A stretch of 64,000 nt of DNA from a virus. Its lineage: Duplodnaviria; Caudoviricetes. Where the stretch lies: positions 6,907 through 70,906 of the IMG/VR virus record IMGVR_UViG_3300038974_000325. One strand, written 5' to 3'. Position 1 is the first letter of the stretch. Each line of letters opens with the position of its first letter. A model generated the notes under the pieces. It saw only the letters and a program-made list of their open reading frames with translations. It ran no database searches and was not told where the DNA came from. This document shows, piece after piece, positions 1 to 10,205 of this stretch. The position numbers and the translations under genes are program-made.

Positions 1-278
1 AACATCAACAAGTAAGCGTTCTCCAACTTTTTGAAACGACACATCAACCCTGTCTATTCCCTTAACTTTTCGCAACGCAATTACTATGTTGTCCTCAATA
101 AACTTCCACACATTGCCACCAGCACCAACAGAAAACACTATATCGTTTATTCCCGCACCAACCCCAGTCTGATACGGAACATCTATGGTCGAATAATTGA
201 TAATTCTCTTTACTCGTGACTCAATGTCGTTTTGGGCAAGTGCCACCCTGCCGTCTTCAATTCTGAAAGGAAAGTCTA

Positions 279-815
279 TCATAAGAACCCCGCAGGAACG
301 AAAGCACCAAGACCGCCACTTGAACTTGCACACGGAGTTCCACCGATGGGAAGCGATGGCAAAGCAAACGGAGCTACTATCGCATCAGCCAAGATACCCA
401 TTGAGTCTTGATAGTTTTCTGCTGATGAAAAGTCCGCACTAAGAACAACTGGCACAAGCATAAGGGGAGTGGTTAGGGTAAGAACCCCGTTATCATCAGA
501 CAATCCAGAATACATAAGGCTTAAACACGCACCAATGTAACGCAACCATGAAGCAACGCCACCTGCTGCTGCCGACATAAGTGGCTCTTTTACTATGTTG
601 CAACCAGAAAACGAAAAAACGTAGTTACCCGCAAGCGGGTCTGTTACTGGAGGCGTTCCAGCTATAATACCAGTATAATCCCCGCTTGCTTGAAGATTTG
701 AGTTCATATAGCCGTTGATAACGCTGGCTATTGCGTCATGTGCGTCACCAGCATTGTCTTTCTCGGCTATTGCATTCACAAGCTCGTTTTTAAGGTCTTC
801 TGCGTTAAGTGCCAT
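279..815 (-). CDS. Hypothetical virion/baseplate-region protein
   Basis: 178-aa ORF directly downstream of the spike gene and co-oriented with it; no recognisable motif. Confidence 0.55.
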   Translation of the reverse strand: MALNAEDLKNELVNAIAEKDNAGDAHDAIASVINGYMNSNLQASGDYTGIIAGTPPVTDPLAGNYVFSFSGCNIVKEPLMSAAAGGVASWLRYIGACLSLMYSGLSDDNGVLTLTTPLMLVPVVLSADFSSAENYQDSMGILADAIVAPFALPSLPIGGTPCASSSGGLGAFVPAGFL

Positions 816-826
816 CTCTTTCTTCT

Positions 827-1522
827 TTACGTCATTGGGTGCTGATTAACTGTGTGAGGTGCTCCAGAAAACACGCAATTCGGTAGCGAACAAAAACCCT
901 TTGGAGGAAGGGGATTGCTCCCAACCACAAGGTTTCCGTTTCCTGCAACATTAACGTTTGCAGCGTTTACATTGCAGTCACCATCAGTAGTGATACTGAC
1001 AACACCATCTTTATCTATCTTTACCTGTGCTCCGTTCTTACATTGCATAAACACGCCATTTGTGTCAAGGACAATTTTATTACCAGACACGTCTTCTACG
1101 TGTATCGACTCTTCGCCATCCGTATCAGAAAGAAAAAGCTTGTTTCCTGCTTTCGTTTGAAACGCCTTAATAAGCGTGTCCCCGTTGTTTGGTGTAGTTT
1201 GAAAGCTTCCATCATCTTTTACGCCAAAGACACACCCAAGAACAACTGGAGTCCCGAAATTACCGCTTAGAAACCCAACAATAACAATATCTCCAACCTC
1301 TGGAACATAGGACACCCCGTGTCCATCGCCAGCATAGGGCGAAATAACAGAAGCCCAGAGAGTTTCATATACTCCAAACATTGACGTTATCTTAACGACA
1401 ACCCTGTTTTTACCGTCTGGGTCAACATTCTGGGTTACAATGCCTTCATACAGCATAGACGAAGCTGTGTTAAGTTGTGCGTCATTGGCATTTGCCATCA
1501 TTGCTTCAAAGGGGTTTTGCAT
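827..1522 (-). CDS. Baseplate spike (gpV/VgrG Gp5-OB-fold protein)
   Basis: Gp5/gpV OB-fold pattern (GIVTQNVDPDGKNRVVV...WASV...GDGHG...VPEVGDIVIVGFLSG..PVVLG), then beta-helix-like repeats and a Cys/His tip (CSLPNC...PH). Confidence 0.85.
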   Translation of the reverse strand: MQNPFEAMMANANDAQLNTASSMLYEGIVTQNVDPDGKNRVVVKITSMFGVYETLWASVISPYAGDGHGVSYVPEVGDIVIVGFLSGNFGTPVVLGCVFGVKDDGSFQTTPNNGDTLIKAFQTKAGNKLFLSDTDGEESIHVEDVSGNKIVLDTNGVFMQCKNGAQVKIDKDGVVSITTDGDCNVNAANVNVAGNGNLVVGSNPLPPKGFCSLPNCVFSGAPHTVNQHPMT

Positions 1523-1534
1523 AGTTCTCTCCCG

Positions 1535-3175
1535 CTACTTTTTGTTTCTGTATGCTTCACGATACTTTATCAAGCGATTAAGTTCCGCATTCATCCAGCC
1601 ACGGTTTTTGATAAGCCAGTTTATTCTTCTTTGAATGTCGCTTATCGCATATTGCGACTCCATTCCCTCTGGGATTACCTCAGTTACACTAAACACGTAT
1701 TGAGCCTGTTGCGTTGTGGGCATATTAGAGTCGTCTATCACAAAATCTCTGTGTGCCGAAATCTCAGTCTTATATCCAGATTTTCCAGCTTCTATGACTA
1801 CTTTCGATACCTTATACTCGCCACTATACCTGAGATAATATCCATTACATTCCCCAGACTCATCTTGCAAAATCACACTTATTGTTTGCCACGGTCTTAC
1901 GATATTGTTCCCAACGGCAAGCTCCATTTCTATTGTAAGAAAGTCGTTCATCTTTGCGTTGAGAACGGCTTTTGCATAACGCAAAGCCTCTTCTTCGCTA
2001 CTGAACTGGGCAGACGACATAACTCTTACGCATTCTCCCTCACCAAGTTCAAGAACAACCTCATACGAGTAAACTCTGTTCTCTATGAACGCATTCGTAA
2101 GCCTTGCTCTTGTTTGGTTCGCTTTTTCCTGAGTGGGCATATAGGTTGTGCGAACCCATCTATCATAATAAGCTTGAAGCTGTGCTTTTCTTCCAGCATT
2201 AGGTTCTGACGCTATTTCATCAAGCATATTGCGTTTCGTTTGCTCAAGACCAGCAAGATAAGTGTTTGCTGGTGCTGGTTCTTGAGGTCTTGCCTCTTGA
2301 GCAGCAACACGAGAAACAACAGTCCCGCTACCAATCCTTCTTGAGTATGCGAGTTCTGCGTTTGCTCTCTGGTTTTTTAGGGTGGTTTGGCTTCCCCACC
2401 TTTTTATGTAAAACTCTCTGTTTTCTTCAACTTGTTCCGCAACCGTAGGATTGTAAATAAACGGCATCAATACCGTTTGATGTCTCTTCACAAAATACAG
2501 CTTCTTGTTTCTTAGCATTAGACATCTATCGTATAGCCGTGCAAGCCTTACAAGGTTTTGGTATGGAGTTTCGTTTGTTGATTTCAGATATTTTGCATCG
2601 TGTGGAATATCAGGCTCGTTGATAAATATCTCTTTGATATATCTTGGAAACTTGGCTTGTATCTGTCTCAAATACGGCAACAACCGAGAACGTGACGTGT
2701 CTGCATCTGTTACCATGTTACCAGAAACAAGAACGTTGAGAACCCCATCCTGATACCTTTCTACAAGAGTATTGAACTCTTGGGTTACGGCATTATCTGG
2801 GACTATTACCTCCATTGCAGTGTCGTCAAAATCAAGCAGGAACAATTCATCAAAAGCTTCTATCGTTACGGACAGCGTTGCCTCTCCCTCAATCTTTATG
2901 GTTTTCACTATTCCTGAAAATACGTGCTCTGTCCCACGCCTTACATTTGAAACCCCAATCAACACCTGAATGAAGTCTCCCTCTTTGGCAAGCATTATGC
3001 CCGTCAAATCACTTTCTACTCCGTGTTCTATTGATAGCTCAATCTTGCACACGTCAACCGTATAGGCGTTTAGCTCTACCGAAACAAGGTCAATATACTT
3101 GTTCCACCTTTCGTCTGCAAGGTCACCGTTTACGTATATTTCATAGAACGAAGTGAACGCAGTATAATCAGCCAT
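1535..3175 (-). CDS. Baseplate hub (gpD / late control D-like)
   Basis: Lies between the gpX-like gene and the spike; segments ETPYQNLVRLARLYD...KLYF and YSGEYKVSKV resemble GPD hubs. Confidence 0.7.
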   Translation of the reverse strand: MADYTAFTSFYEIYVNGDLADERWNKYIDLVSVELNAYTVDVCKIELSIEHGVESDLTGIMLAKEGDFIQVLIGVSNVRRGTEHVFSGIVKTIKIEGEATLSVTIEAFDELFLLDFDDTAMEVIVPDNAVTQEFNTLVERYQDGVLNVLVSGNMVTDADTSRSRLLPYLRQIQAKFPRYIKEIFINEPDIPHDAKYLKSTNETPYQNLVRLARLYDRCLMLRNKKLYFVKRHQTVLMPFIYNPTVAEQVEENREFYIKRWGSQTTLKNQRANAELAYSRRIGSGTVVSRVAAQEARPQEPAPANTYLAGLEQTKRNMLDEIASEPNAGRKAQLQAYYDRWVRTTYMPTQEKANQTRARLTNAFIENRVYSYEVVLELGEGECVRVMSSAQFSSEEEALRYAKAVLNAKMNDFLTIEMELAVGNNIVRPWQTISVILQDESGECNGYYLRYSGEYKVSKVVIEAGKSGYKTEISAHRDFVIDDSNMPTTQQAQYVFSVTEVIPEGMESQYAISDIQRRINWLIKNRGWMNAELNRLIKYREAYRNKK

Positions 3176-3380
3176 CTATCCCACGTCTCTTTTCTGGTAA
3201 ATACACTTCATCACCGATATTGAACCCGTTTTCATAGATATTGAGGTGAGGATTTTGCTCTATGATTGCGTTCATAATAGACTCGTTATAGTAACCGTAA
3301 TAGGTCTTGCAAAACAAATCAAGCCTGTCTTTGTGAACAACTGATTTAACCACAACCGTTCTTCCTGCATTATATGACAT
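3168..3380 (-). CDS. Tail protein X (LysM-like)
   Basis: 70 aa with DRLDLFCKTYYG...IIEQNP...GDEVYLP, a P2 gpX/LysM-like pattern, in the expected position. Confidence 0.75.
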   Translation of the reverse strand: MSYNAGRTVVVKSVVHKDRLDLFCKTYYGYYNESIMNAIIEQNPHLNIYENGFNIGDEVYLPEKRRGIDG

Positions 3381-3975
3381 TGTAGTCCCCCTTCAAGCTT
3401 AGGTTTACCACAACTATCTTGGGAGTGAGGTCTTTGTAGGTCTTGTCTATGCGAATAGAGTAGTTAGTTACGTTGCCTCTAAAGACAAACCAGCTACCAA
3501 ACGACACCTTAACAAGAGGTGGTTTGTTTGTCATAACGTCTGGCATGGCAAGCATCTTAAACATATACAACATATCCCTCATCGGGACGTTGTTCATTTG
3601 CCTACCAAGTGCATACGTTGTTTCCTCTTCTGATGCTCCCACAAGTATTGAGCGATTGGTGTCGATGTAATACCTAATATCATTCACAAGGGTAAACTCA
3701 AGCGGAAACTCATCAAGATTTGAGTTCACATACTCAAGAAATTGCCTTACACCCTTCGCCCCATGTTCCTCATAAACAGCCCCGCCACTTACCGTAAGCT
3801 GTTCTGGGTTGTATTGAAAAGGGAAAAACCCAATACGTGAGTCGCTATCCCCAACCGAAATTGGAACTGGGTCAACATAAAGCATACCCTTCTTTTCTAT
3901 CGGGATATACTCCCTGTTGTCGGCATTAATGTATTTCATCAATCCCTTTATTGGGATGTAGTTTGTCATACTCAC
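3370..3975 (-). CDS. Tail tube initiator / CIS tube protein (gpU/Afp7-like)
   Basis: FQYNPEQLTVSGGAVYEEH...LEYV and PPLVKVSFGSWFVFRGNVTNYSIRI motifs; directly follows the tape measure gene. Confidence 0.75.
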   Translation of the reverse strand: MSMTNYIPIKGLMKYINADNREYIPIEKKGMLYVDPVPISVGDSDSRIGFFPFQYNPEQLTVSGGAVYEEHGAKGVRQFLEYVNSNLDEFPLEFTLVNDIRYYIDTNRSILVGASEEETTYALGRQMNNVPMRDMLYMFKMLAMPDVMTNKPPLVKVSFGSWFVFRGNVTNYSIRIDKTYKDLTPKIVVVNLSLKGDYNVI

Positions 3976-6767
3976 GTCACCTCACTTGCAAGTCTTAGGC
4001 TATCATAAACATCAGACCTCAACTGTTTCTTGATTGCGTTTATCTGGTTTTGATTAACATCACCGCTAACGTTGATGCTGGCATTAAAGTTAAACTCTCT
4101 TTGCTGTGCCACAACGGTAGGTTGCGTAACGTTTCTGGAAGCTTGCAAGCCCTGAATACCACTAAGGCTTGACGTTGGTCTAACTGCTGGAATTGGCGAA
4201 GTCTGGGGTGCTAATGGAGTTTTCTCAATGCCTCCACTTCCAAACCGTTCCCATTCTTGCATACCAGCCTTTCTTGCTATCCAGTTGTATTTATCAACAA
4301 ACCAGTTGAGGAAGTCATACCATTTCGTTTGTATCCAGTCTATAGCATCCCAGAATGCGTTTTTTATTGCACTTCCGATATTGGTAAAGATATTGGCAAT
4401 AGACTCATACAGACTGCTAAAAAAGTTCGCTACACCATTCCATGCAGAAACAACACCATCTACCACCCAGTTCCAAGCTGAAGCTATCCCACCAGTTATA
4501 CTGTTCCAAGTTCTCGTAAAAAATCTGCCAATATCGCCAAACGCTTTCCCAACCCAATTCCAAGCTGAAACAACTGATTTTGTCAGCCATCTCCAACCAT
4601 CCTCAATACCCATAATAATGTCAAAAAACCAATAAAAATAGACCTCTATTTCGTCCATTAAAGCTAAAAACCCATCCCAATAAGCGTTCCCTGTTGTTCC
4701 TCTATTAAAATACTCGTCCTGTTTTTCAAGAATAGAAAAAAACGCTATTACACCACCAACAATCAACGCAATAGCCTCAAGAACCGTGAGAGTTGTTCCG
4801 AGAGCCCCATTCATTGTCCACACACCAGCAGAACCAGTTGTCGCAGATGTTCCTACCCCCAAAAAAGACAACGCTGAAGCTCCTGCCGATATAACCGCTT
4901 TGCCAGACTCAATAACAAACGTAACCATAGACGCAATGAGAGAAGCAGTTATTTTAACGCTTGCTGCAACGGCACTAACACCCATTGACGCAAAACCCCA
5001 AACTGCCTTGAGTGCAGAACCAGCAGCCATCAAGCCAAGACGTATGATTGCTGGAGTTACAACTGCACCAATCAAAACAGCAAGACCCTTGAGAATGACG
5101 CTACCAACAGTTGTTTGGTTAGCCCACTCTACAAACTGCCAAATAGCCTCACCAACCGTTCTTACAAGCGAACCCATCCATGTAACTATCTCAACAAGAA
5201 CAGACCACAAGGTTTTAACTACTGGCGTTACAACAGCAAGAAGCAGCCGTCCAAAGGCAAGGAAATACTTGGAGTTAGTCTTCACCCAATTAGCAACAGC
5301 CATAAAGAGGTTCTTAATGTCGTCCCAGTAATACCAGACCAAGAGACCAACAGCAGCAACTCCAGCAAAGATGGGAAGTGCAGCACTTAACGCTCCGCTT
5401 ACAACCGCAAATCCAGACGTAAGGACTGGCATAGCTGCAACTACAAGACCAACAGTCCCTACTATAATAGACAGAACAGAGCCTACCGCAAGGACACCCG
5501 TCAAAGCCATAGCTATTGAGGTTATTGCGTTCACCAGAACTGCATTTTTCGGGTCTCCCATGAACTCAGCTATTTTGCCTATCGTTCCACCAATGGCATC
5601 AAGAACTGGTTGTGCTGCCTCAAGCAAAGGCAATCCGATTGAGGTTTTTACTGACTCCCATGCCCCCTTGATAACTTCCATTTTTCCCTTTGAAGTTTTG
5701 AGGTATCTGTCCCACTGTTTCTGCATGAGACCTTCATTTAACTCTGGGCTTAATCCACGTATGTTCTTTCTCCAACCTTCGAGACCACCAAGCTTAGAAA
5801 CCTCAGCAGCAAAGATATTGAAAGCACCAACAGCTTGTTTCGGCAAAAGCTTATCAAGCAACTCATCTGCTGCCTTATGACCAAGCCTGTTTTTTATGTC
5901 TTCGTATCCAGCATAAATCTGTTCAAATATCTGGTTAAACCCAAGCCTTTTCCCGCTTGCATCACGCATAGTTACGCCAAGCTTTTCAAGAACATCTGCC
6001 TCTTTGAACTCCATTTGAGAAAACCCCTGACCAAGCATACCGATATATTGACCAGTTTGTTCTGCTGACATCATAGCTCCTCTGCCAGCAGCAGCAAAGG
6101 CGTTAAGTTCCCCGATTGCTATTGGCATAGTGCTCGAAAACTTACCAAGATTTTTGAAGAAATGGGCATACTCATAAAGCCCAAGTTCCGATGATGCGAT
6201 TGCAGTAGTGTTTCTTGCGTTGAGCATGGCATCTGCATACTTGTCTGCCATCTCAGCACCTCCACCAAAAGCATTAACTGAACCAAGCAATACTTTTGCT
6301 GCAACATCTGGGATAACGTTTCCAGCAGTTGCAAATCCGAGAGTTGCCTTAGTGAGGCGAAGCAAATCTGCCTCGCCAGCACCTAAAGCTCTAAGGGTAT
6401 CAGCAGCCTTTATAACTTCTGCGTCTGAGAACTGAGTAATAATACCAACCTGACGCAAATCCCTTATCAGGTTTTCAAAATCAGTCTCGCTGAGGCTTTG
6501 GAGTTTTCCTCTAAGAATAGTTACTTCGCTTTCAAGGTCTTCTGCTGAAGCATACGCTGATTTCCCGAACTCAACTACGCCCTTAACTGCACCAAGACCA
6601 ACAGCACCAACTCCAATCATTCCAAGAGAGCCTACAAGGTTCTGATTGCTTTCTATTACGCTATCAATCTGCGAACCGAGATTGGCTATCATTGACGATG
6701 CACCAGAGATGTTGCTTAGACCTATCGTGTCAAAGGCAAACTTAGCTCCAAAACCAAACGTTTTCAT
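3972..6767 (-). CDS. Tail tape measure protein
   Basis: 931 aa, Ala/Gly-rich helical; TP901-type core (GIITQFSDAEVIKAADTL...LEKLGVTMRDASGKRL) and Trp-spaced repeats (AWNWV); follows the chaperone genes. Confidence 0.92.
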   Translation of the reverse strand: MKTFGFGAKFAFDTIGLSNISGASSMIANLGSQIDSVIESNQNLVGSLGMIGVGAVGLGAVKGVVEFGKSAYASAEDLESEVTILRGKLQSLSETDFENLIRDLRQVGIITQFSDAEVIKAADTLRALGAGEADLLRLTKATLGFATAGNVIPDVAAKVLLGSVNAFGGGAEMADKYADAMLNARNTTAIASSELGLYEYAHFFKNLGKFSSTMPIAIGELNAFAAAGRGAMMSAEQTGQYIGMLGQGFSQMEFKEADVLEKLGVTMRDASGKRLGFNQIFEQIYAGYEDIKNRLGHKAADELLDKLLPKQAVGAFNIFAAEVSKLGGLEGWRKNIRGLSPELNEGLMQKQWDRYLKTSKGKMEVIKGAWESVKTSIGLPLLEAAQPVLDAIGGTIGKIAEFMGDPKNAVLVNAITSIAMALTGVLAVGSVLSIIVGTVGLVVAAMPVLTSGFAVVSGALSAALPIFAGVAAVGLLVWYYWDDIKNLFMAVANWVKTNSKYFLAFGRLLLAVVTPVVKTLWSVLVEIVTWMGSLVRTVGEAIWQFVEWANQTTVGSVILKGLAVLIGAVVTPAIIRLGLMAAGSALKAVWGFASMGVSAVAASVKITASLIASMVTFVIESGKAVISAGASALSFLGVGTSATTGSAGVWTMNGALGTTLTVLEAIALIVGGVIAFFSILEKQDEYFNRGTTGNAYWDGFLALMDEIEVYFYWFFDIIMGIEDGWRWLTKSVVSAWNWVGKAFGDIGRFFTRTWNSITGGIASAWNWVVDGVVSAWNGVANFFSSLYESIANIFTNIGSAIKNAFWDAIDWIQTKWYDFLNWFVDKYNWIARKAGMQEWERFGSGGIEKTPLAPQTSPIPAVRPTSSLSGIQGLQASRNVTQPTVVAQQREFNFNASINVSGDVNQNQINAIKKQLRSDVYDSLRLASEVT

Positions 6768-7335
6768 TTTGCTCCTAACAATTTCTTGAAAAACTCATAA
6801 AACTCTTGCTTCTCTTTCGCAACATAGTGGAGAACTATCTTCCGTCTTGACGATGGCATCTCTGCTATTTCTTTGTAGCTCATTCCAGTATTAACCAACA
6901 AAATCGCAGACTCCACGTCAAAGTCAGACTCGTTCTCTATTGCTGACGTGACAAAAAATCGGCTTCACCCGCAAGTTCAGCCATCACTTCAAGGATGATT
7001 TTCAGGTCACTGTTTTTGAGGCTGGAAGCTTCATCAAAAGTAATCTGTTTATAGGTGTTCTCCGCAACTTCCATATAAACAAGCCGAGAGATGTAAATGA
7101 ACCCCTCGACAGCTTTGTTCCCAGAGCGAACCCTGTTGTCATTTGAGGCTGCGATTTGGTCTTTTCCTGTCATTTCACGGATTAGACCGTTCTTGTAAGT
7201 TCCGCTTTCAGTTTTCAGCCCTTTGTTAAGGCTGAACTCTACAACTTCGTCATGAAGTTCAATCAGTTCTTCTTTGGTAAATGTCTTTGCGTCCATTTGT
7301 TTTTTCTCCTGTTTTTTAGAGTGATAATAGTCCAA
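6764..7335 (-). CDS. Tail assembly chaperone, -1 frameshift-extended form (gpGT/gpEE'-like)
   Basis: Slippery heptamer TTTTTTG at 6952-6958 (minus strand), just before the TAG. The -1 frame is open for about 63 codons (FVTSAIENESDFDVESAILLVNTGMSYKEIAEMPSSRRKIVLHYVAKEKQEFYEFFKKLLGAK) and ends in a TGA overlapping the tape measure ATG. Confidence 0.8.
6937..7335 (-). CDS. Tail assembly chaperone (gpG/gpE-like)
   Basis: 132-aa ORF (real start probably MDAKTF) between the tube and tape measure genes; IREMTGKDQ resembles the gpE family. Confidence 0.8.
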   Translation of the reverse strand: MDYYHSKKQEKKQMDAKTFTKEELIELHDEVVEFSLNKGLKTESGTYKNGLIREMTGKDQIAASNDNRVRSGNKAVEGFIYISRLVYMEVAENTYKQITFDEASSLKNSDLKIILEVMAELAGEADFLSRQQ

Positions 7336-7984
7336 ACGAATTGAGCAACCCCGCTACATCGGACACTGTTTTAACACTGTAATCTTTGTAGAGCGGATTG
7401 TCCCACGTTATCGTTATTTCTGCAACCGAAACCGCATCATCCATACTGTCAAAATCTGGAGCTTTATACCTTTCTACCCATGCGTAGGGAAGCGTCCATC
7501 TGTCAACTTCTATGCGTCCATACAACTGGTCATAGCGATAATACGGTATCTTCTTGAGTTGGATAATCGTAACATTTGCCCTGTAATCATCGCTGCCAAT
7601 TTCCCAGTCTCTGCACATTCTATACCAAGAGAAAAGCTGCTCACTGAAAGCAACCCCTCCAGACAGCACAACTGAGCCGTTCTTGACAGCGACAATTACT
7701 CTATCGGGCATTGGGTTATTGATTTCGTTAATCGTTCTCGTGGCAAGAGACTCTTCGATACCTCTTACGCTTTTGAAGGCAGCAACGGCAGTCAACGGAA
7801 AACCATTAACTGACAGCATATCCTCAATATCCAGAAACCGTGCAAGCTTGTTCCAATATGGCTTATGGATATTTTCTGGAATGGGTTCTATTTCCACAGC
7901 AAAGACATTGGTCAATGCTGAGTCAGAAAAGAACCTTGCTATTTCCTTCGCTACGTTGCCAGCGAGACGACCTGCTTGGCTCAT
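7316..7984 (-). CDS. Second tail tube-like protein (T4 gp19 family)
   Basis: FAVEIE...FKSVRGIE...GSVVLSGGV...WY...RWTLPYAWVERYKAPDFDS...VAEITI repeats the gp19-like pattern of the adjacent tube gene. Confidence 0.7.
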   Translation of the reverse strand: MSQAGRLAGNVAKEIARFFSDSALTNVFAVEIEPIPENIHKPYWNKLARFLDIEDMLSVNGFPLTAVAAFKSVRGIEESLATRTINEINNPMPDRVIVAVKNGSVVLSGGVAFSEQLFSWYRMCRDWEIGSDDYRANVTIIQLKKIPYYRYDQLYGRIEVDRWTLPYAWVERYKAPDFDSMDDAVSVAEITITWDNPLYKDYSVKTVSDVAGLLNSFGLLSL

Positions 7985-8409
7985 GCGAGGTCAAAGCCCT
8001 CGTGAGCAAGAACAAGTGACTCTACCTGAACCGCATCAGAGTCGGACTCCATTCCTTCGATTGGAGAATACTCAAGCGGGAAGGCGTTCACCAAGTTCCA
8101 CCGCTTCATCTCATCACCAGCGTGACTCAACTGAACTATCGAAACGGAACGTCTGTCACCAGTAGCATACCAAGCAGCAAGCTCGCTATCTACAAAAGTA
8201 ACACCCTTCGTCAGGGTCACGTTATCAAAGGTCTCAAGTCCACGCTGTTTGCGTTTTCTGTTTGGCTCATTGCCGTCTCGTTCTTCAATAACGGCAAACG
8301 CACCCTTGAGTCCGTCAACCTTCTTGAAGCTCGTTGCCTGAATGCCGTCTATTTCAACGTAAAACTGGGCTTTCTGGGCTGAGTCTTGGGGTCGTTGATT
8401 ATGTAACAT
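7981..8409 (-). CDS. Tail tube protein (T4 gp19-like)
   Basis: FYVEIDGIQATSFKKVDGL...NVTLTKGV...RWNLVNAFPLEYS...VESLVLAHEG is the conserved phage/eCIS tube signature. Confidence 0.9.
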   Translation of the reverse strand: MLHNQRPQDSAQKAQFYVEIDGIQATSFKKVDGLKGAFAVIEERDGNEPNRKRKQRGLETFDNVTLTKGVTFVDSELAAWYATGDRRSVSIVQLSHAGDEMKRWNLVNAFPLEYSPIEGMESDSDAVQVESLVLAHEGFDLA

Positions 8410-8422
8410 CTATACCTCCAGC

Positions 8423-9961
8423 TTATACTCTTCTTGTGTCGCTGTTTCCGTCCCAGAGGGAGGTGCGGAACTTCACGAACTCATTGGTGTCAACCACACA
8501 GATACCCCAGTCAATGATGAGTTCTCCACGCTTTCCAGACTGGTTGCTGTTGTCACAGACAACATAGTAGGGTGGCTCTTGGGGATTTATGAGGTTGAAC
8601 AGTGAACCTTGCGGATTGAAACGTCTGTCGTGCATCCTGAAATAGGACTCAACGATACGCTTAATCCGTCCATACATCATTTGGTCTTTGACGGTAAAGG
8701 GCATCCACCAAGACGAGTCAATGATGGAAGTCCAGTGCATTTGATAGGTTCTGCGAACATGGATGTATTTCCATTCTGGGTCATTTGTTCTCATTCTCGC
8801 ACCAAACACCTTGTAGGTGTCGAGCTTAACAAGAACGTTGATACCACATTCGTTCAGCAGGGAACGTTCTCCTTCGGTGAGAGTATTACGTTCAAGAGAC
8901 ATGACTCCTCTGCAAATCACGTTTGCAGGAGCTTTGTGGACTCCCTCTTCACCGTTATCAGTAAACGCCCAAGCACCGAAACCCATAGCAGACGGGGGAA
9001 TGAACTTGCCCATCCCGCTAATCGGGTCAAACACCTTTATCCAGTTGTAATACACAGCATAGTTATTGCTGTCAAAGGCACAGTCGTCGATGATGAAGGT
9101 TTTTGCTTCTTGCGGAGTTTTGTTTCTTGGCACATCGCCAACATAGTTCATGTAGCCAAGCTTGTCGCAGAAAGCTATGGCTGCTGTTTCAAGAGCTTTC
9201 TGGTCAACAGCACCTTCACCATTAACCACTATTGTGGCATCAGGTATCATCAGGGTGCGAATGCTTGTGATTGGGGCAAGGCTGTAAAGACCAGTCTTGA
9301 GTGACTCGCTACCAATGTAATCATTCACAGTCGGAGCGGAAGCTGAGTCAACACCGCCAGAGGCTTGAACTTTCTTTGTGGCATCTACTCCCATGAAGGT
9401 TGAAAGGGTGGTGCTGGTCGAGGTATCAGTTCCGTCAACCTTTATCCACGGGCATTCCTCCAGTATTACCTTCACGAAATATCGTGGGTTCGTGGTCGTG
9501 CCAGAAAGGTTTTCGGCATAGTATAGCTCGTAGCCATTCTTCCCTTGAGAGTCGGTTACTACCAAAGACACCGAATAGTTGTCTGCAACCACTGGGTGTT
9601 TGGTAAAGATGAGGGCAAAGTTGTTGCCGTCAGCACCAGCACTTTGCAGTTCAAAAACAAGCTTCCCAGTTTCGATGGTGAACTTGGCTTTGGTATCGCC
9701 TGTTGCGGTAATCCTTGAAACATATACCTGATTTACGCCATAATACTCCATCATGAACTTGAGAACATACATACCGTAGGAACTTGACATTAACCCGCCA
9801 AAGTTCGCTTCCAACTGTTCAAAGTTGGTTACAAAGGTGGGAGTGTTTGCAAGTCCTCGTTTGCTTCTAATGAGAACGCCAAGAACGCTTGGGGACTTGG
9901 TGTCTATGGGCTTGAACCCAGATGTTACTGGAACATGGCTAACGCCAGGGGCATTACTCAT
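8423..9961 (-). CDS. Tail sheath protein
   Basis: Start placed at ATG 9961 (MSNAPGV, preceded by GGAGG); C-terminal sheath motifs GVHKAPAN...GINVL...VFGARMRTNDPEWKYIHVRR. Confidence 0.93.
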   Translation of the reverse strand: MSNAPGVSHVPVTSGFKPIDTKSPSVLGVLIRSKRGLANTPTFVTNFEQLEANFGGLMSSSYGMYVLKFMMEYYGVNQVYVSRITATGDTKAKFTIETGKLVFELQSAGADGNNFALIFTKHPVVADNYSVSLVVTDSQGKNGYELYYAENLSGTTTNPRYFVKVILEECPWIKVDGTDTSTSTTLSTFMGVDATKKVQASGGVDSASAPTVNDYIGSESLKTGLYSLAPITSIRTLMIPDATIVVNGEGAVDQKALETAAIAFCDKLGYMNYVGDVPRNKTPQEAKTFIIDDCAFDSNNYAVYYNWIKVFDPISGMGKFIPPSAMGFGAWAFTDNGEEGVHKAPANVICRGVMSLERNTLTEGERSLLNECGINVLVKLDTYKVFGARMRTNDPEWKYIHVRRTYQMHWTSIIDSSWWMPFTVKDQMMYGRIKRIVESYFRMHDRRFNPQGSLFNLINPQEPPYYVVCDNSNQSGKRGELIIDWGICVVDTNEFVKFRTSLWDGNSDTRRV

Positions 9962-10196
9962 TGTGAGCCTCCATATTTGTTTCGTCTTTGGTCTTCTCAG
10001 GCATCGCAAGCTTGGTCTTTGCTTGCTTCAGCACATTACACAACACTCCCTGTGGACAGGAGCTTTTCAGTTCTTCAACATACCTTTCATCAACGTCAAC
10101 TTCAAGCTTTTGGTTGACCTCGACCAAGACATCCCTGTCTCCACAAGCGACAACTGCGGGGTCGTTGGTTCTGTTTTCTAAAACGACTTTTGGCAT
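9954..10196 (-). CDS. Hypothetical protein upstream of the sheath gene
   Basis: 80-aa ORF with an SD sequence (AGGAGG); its stop overlaps the sheath start. Confidence 0.6.
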   Translation of the reverse strand: MPKVVLENRTNDPAVVACGDRDVLVEVNQKLEVDVDERYVEELKSSCPQGVLCNVLKQAKTKLAMPEKTKDETNMEAHNE

Positions 10197-10205
10197 CGTT
10201 CCTCC

